DNA of 64,000 bases, taken from NCBI GenBank assembly GCA_030840675.1, contig JAVEEA010000072.1:3938-67937 (forward strand), written 5' to 3'. The notes beneath the pieces are model-generated. The model saw only the letters and a list, made by a program, of their open reading frames with translations. It was not told where the DNA came from and searched no databases. Position numbers and translations under genes: made by a program. This DNA is from Pyrinomonadaceae bacterium. Its GTDB lineage: Bacteria > Acidobacteriota > Blastocatellia > Pyrinomonadales > Pyrinomonadaceae. Positions 47,055 to 56,500 of this stretch are shown here, in pieces; the first letter of the stretch is position 1; each line of letters starts with the position of its first letter.

Positions 47055-49352
47055 ATGAACTCTAAACGGACTCAGCCCTTAGAGCGCGAGATTCAGGTCG
47101 CGTCAGCGACTGCTGTTTCGAACTCCTATTCGGATCCCTTGAATCGCCTTGAGGACTCGCAATCAGCCCTGGGGAATGCCGCAGTTGCCGAAGCTGCCAA
47201 AAACACCAACACGGCGGGGAGGTCCGGATTGCGATCTGCCATGCAGCCTGGTTTTGGCGCCTTGGAACTACAGTTAAAGGTTGGAAACTCCGGTGTTCAA
47301 AGGGCCCTTCGCGCCGCTTCGATTCAACCGAAGCTTGCCGTTGGCCAGCCAGACGACTTGTACGAACAAGAAGCTGATCATGTGGCACAAATGGTGATGC
47401 GCATGCCGTCTCCGTCCGCGCCGACTGAGGCCTCAGCGTCTGTGCTGGAACGAAAATGTGCTGCCAGTGAAACCGCTCATGAGCAATGTTCGAAATCTGC
47501 TGAGGGGCAGGGGAGAGTGCAACGGAAGCCACTGTTCTCAAGAATCACATCGTTCATTCAGCGTCACGCAAGTGCATCCGAAGGCAGTGGTGAATCGGAA
47601 CTTCGCCAACCGGTGGAAAGCCAAATAAAGAAAACGCGCGGCGGAGGGGAACCGTTGTCAGCTAATGCACGCTCCTTTTTTGAACCGCGGTTTGGCATGG
47701 ACTTCAGCGAGGTTCGCGTGCACACCGGTAACGATGCTAACGAAATGAACCGCGCCGTCGGCGCCCGGGCCTTCACCCACGGTTCGGACATTTACTTTGG
47801 CGCGGGAAACAGTCCAGCAGATTTAGAGCTCACCGCGCACGAGTTGACCCACGTGGTGCAACAGACCGGCGAAGGCGCGAGCCCGTCAGATGCCGAGCCC
47901 GCGGTGCAACGCGTGCCGATTGCAACCAACGGCGGCAGCTTCGACACCCCCAGCGGCTACTATGGCATCAACGCGCCGACCGGCGCGATTGGACAGCGCC
48001 TCGGCGCGAACATTTGGCTCGAATTCATGGCCAACGATTTAGTCGAGAGCACCAAGATAGGCTTGATACAGAGCGTAAAGGCGATGAAAAGTTCGGCGCC
48101 TGCCGGATCGCGCGACACCGTCGCGACAGGGGTGGGCGATACCGAAGAGGGCCAGCTCATCATGGGCCCCGGTCAGGCAGATCCGGGCCGCGAAATCGAT
48201 CAGGCAGTGCACCCTGGAGGCAGGGCGGTGCCTAGCACCAGCCCCGTCTATGGCGTCGGATACAGCGCCGGCGGCGGGGAGACGACCTTGAGCCAGGGCG
48301 CGCCGTCAGTAGCGAATAGCCAGTGGGGCTCGCACACGAAGGATCCCATAACCGGGGCTTTTCTGGCGGCTGTGCCGGCTCGCATCGCAGATGGGCCGGG
48401 CCGCACCATTGAGTTCGTTGGTCAGAACTTCGAACACACCTTCGAGGTCGCCGCCCTGGCAATCGAAGGTCCCATCCCAGTAAATACTTATCTGGGGTCA
48501 GTATCGTGGGGCTATACCTCGGACGCCGCCGGCCACGTGACCGTCGCTCCCCTGGCGTTGGTAGGCGCCGGCACGCCCAGTGCCGGCTTCATGGGTGCCG
48601 CAGAGCGCTGGAACGCGGCCACTTTCCAGAATGCCCCCGGCGCCGCGCTCCCTTCAGTCGATATCCCGATCACCAACCTGACTTCCACTCTGGTGTCCAC
48701 CCGAACCACGAGCGATCTGGTTATCCAGATCGCCAGGATCACCGCCGAGTTGATTCCGATGGCTCCCGGTACGGATAGGGCCAACAAGGAATTTGAGAAG
48801 AGGGCGATGGAAGCCGAGCTGGCCAGGCGCGCCGATCAGCCAACTCGCTCTCTGGCGGATCAGGAAGCGTCCGCCGCTCTACTCTCGACGGCCGATCTCA
48901 TCAGACGCTCCGACGCGCTGCCTGCCGAGATTCGTGCCATGCCGGCAAGTCCGCCGCGCACCGACAAGGAACTGGAGCAGGAGGGCGTGAAGCGAGAGAT
49001 CGCGAAGCGAAGAATGCTCATCACCGTCCACGTCCATGAGACCGAGGACATTATTGGCTCCGACAGCGTCTACGTTACAGCGGTGTCCGGGTTTCTAAGC
49101 AATAGGACTTCCGTAGTCAACCTGAACAACGGCGAGGAACATGCCTTCGTCGTGCCTCTTTCCGCCCTATTTGTCGCGCCGCTTACGATGGGATCCACCT
49201 CGCTAGTGATCCGGGCATACGACGAGGACTGGGAGGGAGACGACAAGATGTTCGAGAAAGATTGGATATGGTCCAATCTCCCGGCGGAAGAGACGCAGTC
49301 CCGGGACGGCGGCAGGTACACCGTGCGGATCGACTTCGTGCAGCTGAGATGA
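47055..49352 (+). CDS. DUF4157-domain protein (HExxH), putative eCIS cargo/effector 1
   Basis: AGGAGG RBS. Motifs are IQPKLAVGQPDDLYEQEADHVAQMVM, GGGEPLSANARSFFEPRFGMDFSEVRVHTGNDA and LTAHELTHVVQQ. Confidence 0.8.
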   Translation: MNSKRTQPLEREIQVASATAVSNSYSDPLNRLEDSQSALGNAAVAEAAKNTNTAGRSGLRSAMQPGFGALELQLKVGNSGVQRALRAASIQPKLAVGQPDDLYEQEADHVAQMVMRMPSPSAPTEASASVLERKCAASETAHEQCSKSAEGQGRVQRKPLFSRITSFIQRHASASEGSGESELRQPVESQIKKTRGGGEPLSANARSFFEPRFGMDFSEVRVHTGNDANEMNRAVGARAFTHGSDIYFGAGNSPADLELTAHELTHVVQQTGEGASPSDAEPAVQRVPIATNGGSFDTPSGYYGINAPTGAIGQRLGANIWLEFMANDLVESTKIGLIQSVKAMKSSAPAGSRDTVATGVGDTEEGQLIMGPGQADPGREIDQAVHPGGRAVPSTSPVYGVGYSAGGGETTLSQGAPSVANSQWGSHTKDPITGAFLAAVPARIADGPGRTIEFVGQNFEHTFEVAALAIEGPIPVNTYLGSVSWGYTSDAAGHVTVAPLALVGAGTPSAGFMGAAERWNAATFQNAPGAALPSVDIPITNLTSTLVSTRTTSDLVIQIARITAELIPMAPGTDRANKEFEKRAMEAELARRADQPTRSLADQEASAALLSTADLIRRSDALPAEIRAMPASPPRTDKELEQEGVKREIAKRRMLITVHVHETEDIIGSDSVYVTAVSGFLSNRTSVVNLNNGEEHAFVVPLSALFVAPLTMGSTSLVIRAYDEDWEGDDKMFEKDWIWSNLPAEETQSRDGGRYTVRIDFVQLR

Positions 49353-49572
49353 GTCGAAGCCGGCTGCAAGAGATGGCGGCCGAGATAAGCGCTCGGATGT
49401 TCCGACCTGTCATGCGGGCAGGCACGGAACAGCGCTGAAATTAATTCCGCCCATCGTCTCTTCGCGGTCGTCGTGTACTCGATGCCGTCTCGAAGCCTAC
49501 GTCGACCCCTACTTGCGTCAGGTACTGATTTCACACCTGTGCGTGTAATGCGCGCGTGATTGGAGTAACAGC

Positions 49573-50010
49573 ATGGGCAGTCAATCTCTCGACCCAACTG
49601 CTTCGTTCAACACCGGCGGCCTTGAACTTCGCATTGCTGCGCGCGGCTCCAACGCCGTGCTCACCTTGCACAACGACGGTCCGGATCAGCTGACAGTTTT
49701 CAGTTACGTCCAGGGCAGTCTAGAACAGTACGACTGGTTCACGATCTTTATTGCGGGTCCTGCCGAGACGTGCACCCTGCACCTCTACGACGACCGCAAC
49801 GCTTCGGCGCGCGTGACGGCTAACCTCGCTCCCGGCCAGGAAGTCGAACACGTGATCGATGTTGTCGCCTGGGCGCAGCGAAAGCCGAACGGCGCACGGC
49901 CGCTAGCGCCTGGGACCTATCGCATGTGGGCCAGCTACGAAGTAACGGAACCAGGCGACGTGTGGACTGGCAAGTTAGTGTCGCCGACAGTTGCCATCAC
50001 CATCCCGTAA
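49573..50010 (+). CDS. small beta-rich hypothetical protein (145 aa)
   Basis: ATG with a TGGAG RBS and no TM segment or signal. It lies between the two DUF4157 genes. Confidence 0.5.
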   Translation: MGSQSLDPTASFNTGGLELRIAARGSNAVLTLHNDGPDQLTVFSYVQGSLEQYDWFTIFIAGPAETCTLHLYDDRNASARVTANLAPGQEVEHVIDVVAWAQRKPNGARPLAPGTYRMWASYEVTEPGDVWTGKLVSPTVAITIP

Positions 50011-50074
50011 TCGCCAAGGTTCGTGGCTGTGCGAAGTAGCAGCTGCAACTAAACAAACGTTTGCAATCGAACGC

Positions 50075-52117
50075 ATGAAGTCCATTTTTGGCAAGCGACA
50101 AAACACCCAGGCCGACGCGGAGGCATCTGCCGAGCGTCTTCTCGATCTGCGCCAGCCCAAAGCATCAACAAGCGATGGGTTGGACCAAGCCTACTCTGCC
50201 AACGATCAGGGCAGCACACTTAATCTGCAAGCGAGTTTTGGTAACGCTGCCGTGACGCGCACGATAATTCAGCGCAAGGCTGAAGACGCTGAGATGTCCA
50301 GCGTTGCCAGCGCGAGTTCGGAAGCGGCTAACTCTGCGACGGAAGCTCCCGCGGACAATGCCTCCGCTATGGTCGTTGCGGCTGCAACTGTGACGCAGGC
50401 ATTGATCGTTGAAGACAACGTCGAAACAATTGCTTCAGGGCAAATGAAGAAGAGTGAGTTTCTCGCGCAGTTGCGCGCGGCAGTAAGTAGCACCGCCGCG
50501 GACGCACTCGCCGGCAGTCCCATGTCAGCGGCGGCGAGTCTCTACATTGACAACGTCTTTGCTCAATATTCCGCACAAGGTAGTGGCCAACTCGAAGGAA
50601 GCATTCGACGCTACGCACCTGAAGCTGCCGCAGTCACCAGCGCCGGCGCGCTTATACCTATCATCACCGGTCGCGTTCGTCGGTCGCTCACGACATTCGT
50701 GGCGACGGGCCAGCTCACCGGCGTGCCGGAAGGTTTGCCGCTGGGTTTGCCTGGGCCAGGCCCCTTGGGTGCGATGGCAGGCGCAGTCTCCAGTGTAGCG
50801 TCGGGAGTCGCCGACGTTGCTTCAAGTGTGGCCTCCGGAGTGGGGAGCGCGGCTTCCGCCGTGGGCAGTCTTCTTTTCAAAGAGCACAGCGGCGGCGCCC
50901 GAGAAGTTAACGATCCGCGTGCGATTGAAACCCAGTTGGGCTCCGGGCAATCTCTTGACGCTGAGGTGCGCTCACGAATGGAGTCGGCGTTTGGGGAAAG
51001 CTTCAGCGGCGTCCAGGTCCACGCGGATTCGAACGGTGCCGGCATCTCCCAGAATCTCAACGCGCGCGCGCTCACGGTGGGACAACACATCGCCTTTGGC
51101 ACGGCCGAATACCAACCCGGCACATTGATTGGCGATGCGTTGATCGCGCATGAGTTGGCCCATGTGCTGCAGCAACGCGGAGGAGCAGGGGCCGCTAGCC
51201 CGGCAGAGAAGGGAGCTGGCGAGTATGGTTCGCTCGAAGCGGACGCGGATGAGGCTGCGGTCGGCGCGATAGTGTCCGCTTGGGGCGGCGGGAAAAAGGG
51301 ATTGGCGAAGATTGCCAGGAATGCCTTGCCTAGTCTGAAGTCCGGATTGCGTTTGCAGCGCTGCAGTAAGACTTCAAGCGGACCTGTCGGCGCCACGCGA
51401 CTAACCAAGGCGCGAGCGAATTTCCAAAACAAGAATGATCACCTCGCCCCGGACGAACTCGCGAGAATTGACGCGGGTCTGAGCGCGGTGACCGCTGACA
51501 ACTTAAACCTTTGGATTGCCTTTTATGACTACTACTCACGCAATAAGATTTTAAAAATGGATGCGGACACGGCGGCGAAAGCCACAGCCTCCGGGTTATA
51601 CGCCACCACGAAACCGAACGATGACACGTACCTGCGACCAGACTTACTGGCTGCCGGCTTTCCCGCGGCGAAGCTGGGCACGACGTTGATCCACGAATTC
51701 ACCCACACGCGACACGATACCAACTACATGGGAAGCCGTGATTACCAGGAGGGTGAATCTTATGGCATCGAGTATTTCCTGGCGGAACGCGCTGGGGAAC
51801 GCACGCGAATGAGTGAGATTCTCAGTGTTATGTCCAATCCCAAAACCATTGCGATGCCCGCAAGTGTTCCCGCGCTGTTAATGGGATTCAGATCACAATA
51901 CGCGACCATGCAGGGGCTATACGAGATTATCGACAAAGGCCACTCTTCTCATGCCGGCTCACCTTTCGTGACGCCGGTATTGTTGACTGCCGCGGACGCC
52001 AGGGCGTTAGCCGAAGAACTGGTTGACACCAGGGAGGACAATCGTGGAGCACAACTCAAGAGTCTTTTGACCTGGGTTCAGGCCAATCTCAAGAGCTTCA
52101 CAATTCCACCGGTCTAG
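50075..52117 (+). CDS. DUF4157-domain protein with second HExxH-like motif, putative cargo/effector 2
   Basis: Start reset to ATG 50075. The DUF4157 region is GSGQSLDAEVRSRMESAFGESFSGVQVHADSNG ... LIAHELAHVLQQ. A downstream LIHEFTHTRHD motif is encoded at 51692-51706. Confidence 0.8.
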   Translation: MKSIFGKRQNTQADAEASAERLLDLRQPKASTSDGLDQAYSANDQGSTLNLQASFGNAAVTRTIIQRKAEDAEMSSVASASSEAANSATEAPADNASAMVVAAATVTQALIVEDNVETIASGQMKKSEFLAQLRAAVSSTAADALAGSPMSAAASLYIDNVFAQYSAQGSGQLEGSIRRYAPEAAAVTSAGALIPIITGRVRRSLTTFVATGQLTGVPEGLPLGLPGPGPLGAMAGAVSSVASGVADVASSVASGVGSAASAVGSLLFKEHSGGAREVNDPRAIETQLGSGQSLDAEVRSRMESAFGESFSGVQVHADSNGAGISQNLNARALTVGQHIAFGTAEYQPGTLIGDALIAHELAHVLQQRGGAGAASPAEKGAGEYGSLEADADEAAVGAIVSAWGGGKKGLAKIARNALPSLKSGLRLQRCSKTSSGPVGATRLTKARANFQNKNDHLAPDELARIDAGLSAVTADNLNLWIAFYDYYSRNKILKMDADTAAKATASGLYATTKPNDDTYLRPDLLAAGFPAAKLGTTLIHEFTHTRHDTNYMGSRDYQEGESYGIEYFLAERAGERTRMSEILSVMSNPKTIAMPASVPALLMGFRSQYATMQGLYEIIDKGHSSHAGSPFVTPVLLTAADARALAEELVDTREDNRGAQLKSLLTWVQANLKSFTIPPV

Positions 52118-52204
52118 CCAATCAGTGGTCACTCAGATTCGAACCTGGCCTGAGGCAAACAATGCTCGAACCGTTTTTATCCTGGTGCTGAAAGTTGGTA
52201 ACTA

Positions 52205-53374
52205 GTGCCGTGGCCTGACATTAATTCTTACGGCGATCGACTTGTCTCGCTGCACGTCCGCATAGGGCAGCGGCGTTACTCTGCCTTTAGATTTTGGGGA
52301 GCAGCGGGATTGGTAACCGCGGTGTTACTGGACCTCCTGCTCGCGCACCATTACCGACTCCCTGTTTGGCCCACGGCGGCGAGCATCGTCTTTGCCTTCT
52401 TCACGGCTTACGTCTCAGCCTGCGCGACAAAGCTAATATCCGGTCAGGAGAATTTCACTTTCTACCAGGCTTTGATCTCCGTACCGCTAGCGACGTGTGC
52501 TTTCACCTGGTTACTGAGTCAACCAATTTTGCTTTATCTCGACGTAACAATAATCAGTGTGGGTTCGGCGGCGGTGCTGGGCCGGATTGGGTGTCTGCAG
52601 GTGGGTTGCTGTCACGGCCGACCGTACCGCTTTGGCGTTCGCTATCGCGCTGAACATGCCGCCGCGGGATTCACTTCACAACTAGTGGGCGCGCGTTTAT
52701 TTCCAATACAAATCGTCGAAGGCCTTTGTGCGGGGGTGCTGGTAGTTGTTGGCTGTTTCATGATTTGGCAGCGCTATCCGCCTGGGGCGGCCGCTGGTTG
52801 GTTTGTTTCCGGCTATTGCCTGACGCGATTCTGCTTCGAGTTTGCGCGTTGGCCTGCCAACTACCAATTCAAATCGGGACTGTCGCCATATCAAGGGATT
52901 TCCCTTGCGCTCGTTTTGTTCTCAGTCAGTCTCGAGTGGGTTGGCGTGCTGCCGTTTCAATTCTGGCAGGAGTTGACGGCCGCCGGTTTGCTGTTGGCAA
53001 CCGCTGTTGTTGTGCTTGAGCGGCGCCTGCGAAGTTTCGAAAAATCTTTGAGTCAACCCGATCATATTCGAGAATTGACGAGTGCGCTCAATGCGACCCG
53101 GCGCGCGACTGACAGCAACTGCAACTACGCAGGCATTGTAGTGACAACGACGACCCTTGGCTTGCGGATCTCGGCAGCTCGGATCCACGGACCGACAGGC
53201 GACGTGCTTCATTACGCTCTCTCTTCACGATCCGGAAAATTGAGCGCCGCAACGGTTGATTACCTGTTGAAGGCGATCCTGCGACTCCAGAGTATCGGCG
53301 AGCGAACGGTGATGGTCGAAGGGAACGCCGGCGTCATTCACTTCTTGATGCACCGCCAGGCGCACGAGCCATGA
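52205..53374 (+). CDS. Lgt-family (prolipoprotein diacylglyceryl transferase-like) membrane protein with extra C-terminal domain
   Basis: GTG start. It is multi-TM, with an Lgt-like core GRIGCLQVGCCHGRPYRFGV ... LFPIQIVEGL. About 110 aa of soluble C-terminal extension follow. Confidence 0.65.
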   Translation: MPWPDINSYGDRLVSLHVRIGQRRYSAFRFWGAAGLVTAVLLDLLLAHHYRLPVWPTAASIVFAFFTAYVSACATKLISGQENFTFYQALISVPLATCAFTWLLSQPILLYLDVTIISVGSAAVLGRIGCLQVGCCHGRPYRFGVRYRAEHAAAGFTSQLVGARLFPIQIVEGLCAGVLVVVGCFMIWQRYPPGAAAGWFVSGYCLTRFCFEFARWPANYQFKSGLSPYQGISLALVLFSVSLEWVGVLPFQFWQELTAAGLLLATAVVVLERRLRSFEKSLSQPDHIRELTSALNATRRATDSNCNYAGIVVTTTTLGLRISAARIHGPTGDVLHYALSSRSGKLSAATVDYLLKAILRLQSIGERTVMVEGNAGVIHFLMHRQAHEP

Positions 53375-53530
53375 CGCAGCGAAAAATCGCGGCTGAGCGT
53401 GCTGGTGTTTCCGCGGATAGGCCGGCAGTAAACGTCCGAAGGTTTTATGCAAACACCTACTGGCACCGTCCACTACCCGCATTCCTGTTCAATGATCGCG
53501 GGCCGTTTTTTTTGGACATGAAGCACGACG

Positions 53531-56500
53531 ATGAGCCTATCCTTCGACAAACAGACGTTGGCTGAGCAGGAGGATTTGGCGGCTTCCTTGCGGCCGGCCG
53601 CGGCGGCGCTGACGACTGCAACACCGGCGCACAGTACCGATCCCAGCGCACGGCAAACAAGTTCCAGTGCGACCGCGAATGGTCCTGCCGCTTCGTCGTT
53701 TCAAAGTACGCCTAACCTGCAGTCCGCTTTTGGGAACGCTGCTATTGCCCAATCACTAAGTCAGCAAAGCTCGGCAAATGAACCGGGCTCTCATGTTGGT
53801 GGTCCGGCCTCTTTCGAAAATGCCCGCCAGCAGTTTGGTTACGGTAACGGCGCCGTCGCGCGCGCAAATCTGTCGGTGGGAACCGGTTTGCAGTCGCACC
53901 CGGCAACTTCCGGAAATCCAGTCGCAAGCGCCGCAAGTTCGGCCTCACCACAACCATCACTGACTGGACTACCAGCGATCAATAACGCGGGCGCGCTTGC
54001 ACCCGACGTGCGTTCCGTGCCTCAAGTCCCGCAGACTGAGGTTGGCCCCCCGACCCCCGGGACAGGAAACCAATTGCCTTCAGCAACAGGCGTTGGCCCA
54101 GTCGCGTCCCCAAATTCTGAAGGCCCAGTCTCGCCAGAGACACCGCCCCGTCCAGCCGGTGCCCAGACCAGCGCGCCCGCAACCGTTGGGCCGCCAGCGG
54201 AACAGACAACATCAGATCGTTCCGCAAAGGAACCGTCAGAGCGCGCTGCCAGCAGTGTCGCTGAGACGGGTGCTTCCCCCAGCGGTCCGGAAAATTCTGT
54301 TAAAGGTGACGGCCCAGGTTTGAATAGCGAACAAGCCGTGGAGACGGCGGGTGCGTCAGGCGACAATGCAGGAACGAGCCTTACTGCTCTTGACGTACCC
54401 GAGACGCCTGAGGTCGACACGCAACCCGCCATTGATACCGAGCTGGTCGCGAATGCCGCACCCAACCTGCAAACAGCGATCGCGCAAGTAAGGTCAACGA
54501 TTGCGCAGAAGAAAACGCAAATTCGGACGGCCGCCGCGGCAGCGAAAGATGCGCTGCACACTCAAGCCGCGACTAAACGACAAGAGGTAAGCAACGCCGC
54601 CAGTGAACTGGTGCAGCGAGCGAGAACTGACGTTGCGCAAAGTCGCTCGCAAGTTTCGTCTATCATCGGCGAGCAACGTGCAGTGGTGTCGCGGACTCTA
54701 GCGGTACAAAAGGAAACTACGCATCAGGGCGTAACGCGAGAGTCGCAGCGCCTTGGTACTGAAGCCGCGAAACTGAGCGTGTCGGTAATGAGTGTGGCCC
54801 GCGATCGGACCAGCGCCGCTGCCGCGCTTGGCGTCGCGCAATCCACTCGCGCGCGCACCGAAGTCGCGAGGCAATCCGCCGAAGCTCGTCGGCGAGGCGC
54901 TAACAAAGCGCATTCCATACGCGACGAAGATCCGGAGCGGGCACAGACACAACAATTTGCCGTGCTTCAAGTTGCTGAAGAACAGGCGCAGCAGATTACC
55001 ACTACCGGTCCTGAGATTGAGCAGTTCGCGCTTGACCGGGCCGGCGAGATTGCTACCAGTTTTTCAGCCCAGGCGATACAGGTTGCCACGGGAATCAATA
55101 GTGCAGTGCCCGAAGTGCAGGCGTCGGTGCTCAGCTTGAGTAACCATGCCGATGGGCACATGGATCGGCTGGCGCAGACTACGCTCGGTTCTTTGGCTGG
55201 TTTGGAACAGCGTCTGATGCGTCAACTGGACGAGCTGGAAGCAGCGTCACTGCTCCAGGCTCGCGGACTCGCCCGAGAAATTCTGCCGCAGATCGACGCC
55301 GCCGAGCAGGCTGGTGTGGCGCAGCTTGCTTCGTTAACTCAAAGGGCCCTGGCGGCGCTCGACGATTCAGCCGGCGACACGATTGCAGAATTAACTGCCG
55401 CTGATACTCCGGGCGAAGCTCAGGTGGGCACACGCCAGGAAGAAATTGCGCAACAGACTCTCACTCATTTTCAGACGCTCACTCATTATCTCGACACTCA
55501 AATATTGGAGATAGCCGCGCATGCAAACGACGGGTTCACGCAAATCCAGGCGCAGTTGAACGGCGCGCTCACCGCTACCCAGGAAGCGGCACGCTCAGGA
55601 GTTAACTCGCTGGTGCAGCAGCTGAATCAAGGCTTCGAACTGGCGCGCAACGAAGTGGTAGGGAAGGCGACTGGAATAGTCGATCAGTCGTTGGCGAAGT
55701 TCGGCGAACCGGTAAACAAAGCGATCGCGGAGTTTCAAAGCACCTATGCAAAAGGCGAACGGGATGTAATCGCGGGAGTGACTGACAGTCTGCTCTCGAA
55801 TGACCGGGCACTCGATGAAATGGGTACCCACTGTAAGTTGACCGAAGCCGCCGACCGCGCCAGGGAGGAATACGATCGCCCCACCTGGCAAAAAGTACTC
55901 ATCGCTGTAGGCAAAGCGGTGCTCTATCTCGCCGCGGCGCTTCTTTTTACTTTTGTGGTGGCGGTCGTGATTTTCGTGGGCGCGATTATTCTGGGAATTA
56001 CCGGCGTCACGTTCGCCATTGCGTTTGCGATTGCCGTGGTTTTGGTGGCGATTGGTTTTGTCATTTATGAATTTGTTCAGCGGCTCATTGCTTACAAAGC
56101 GGAACACGGTGCCATCGATAGCTTTTGGGAGGCACTCGGTGTTTCGGCAGCATTACTTTTGATAAGCGTCGCCAGTCTTACCGGCATACCACAAATTATC
56201 GAAGGCCTCAGGGGTAAACGTTTCTTCAGCGACATTCCACTCACTTCACAGGAACGCTACGATCTCGTAATCGGCGGCGTTCTTCAACTGGTCTTGATCG
56301 TCGTTGCCAGATCTTTCAGGGGACGTGGGGGACGTACCGGGCGCGCAGGCCCCGTAGAAGAACCGCTGCCGGTGCGTCCTCCAATTGAAGAAGAACCGCC
56401 GGTGGTCCTCGTTGACCCGTGGGCCGTCCTCGCCAGGCGATTTGGTCTCAGCGCCGAGGTGATCGAAATCCTTCGTACCAGCGGCATCGACGTTACCGTG

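Noticed and set aside
49070-49597. 175-aa minus-strand ORF spanning the gap after cargo gene 1
   Set aside because: It mostly overlaps the 3' end of the DUF4157 gene in antisense and has Arg/Ser/Cys-rich composition with no start context.
52131-52160. tRNA T-arm-like string (minus strand CCAGGTTCGAATCTGAG) between cargo gene 2 and the Lgt-like gene; considered as a tRNA or att-site remnant
   Set aside because: There is no matching acceptor stem, D-arm or anticodon arm on either side, and the T-stem pairs poorly. It is too short to call a tRNA fragment without a genome-wide comparison.
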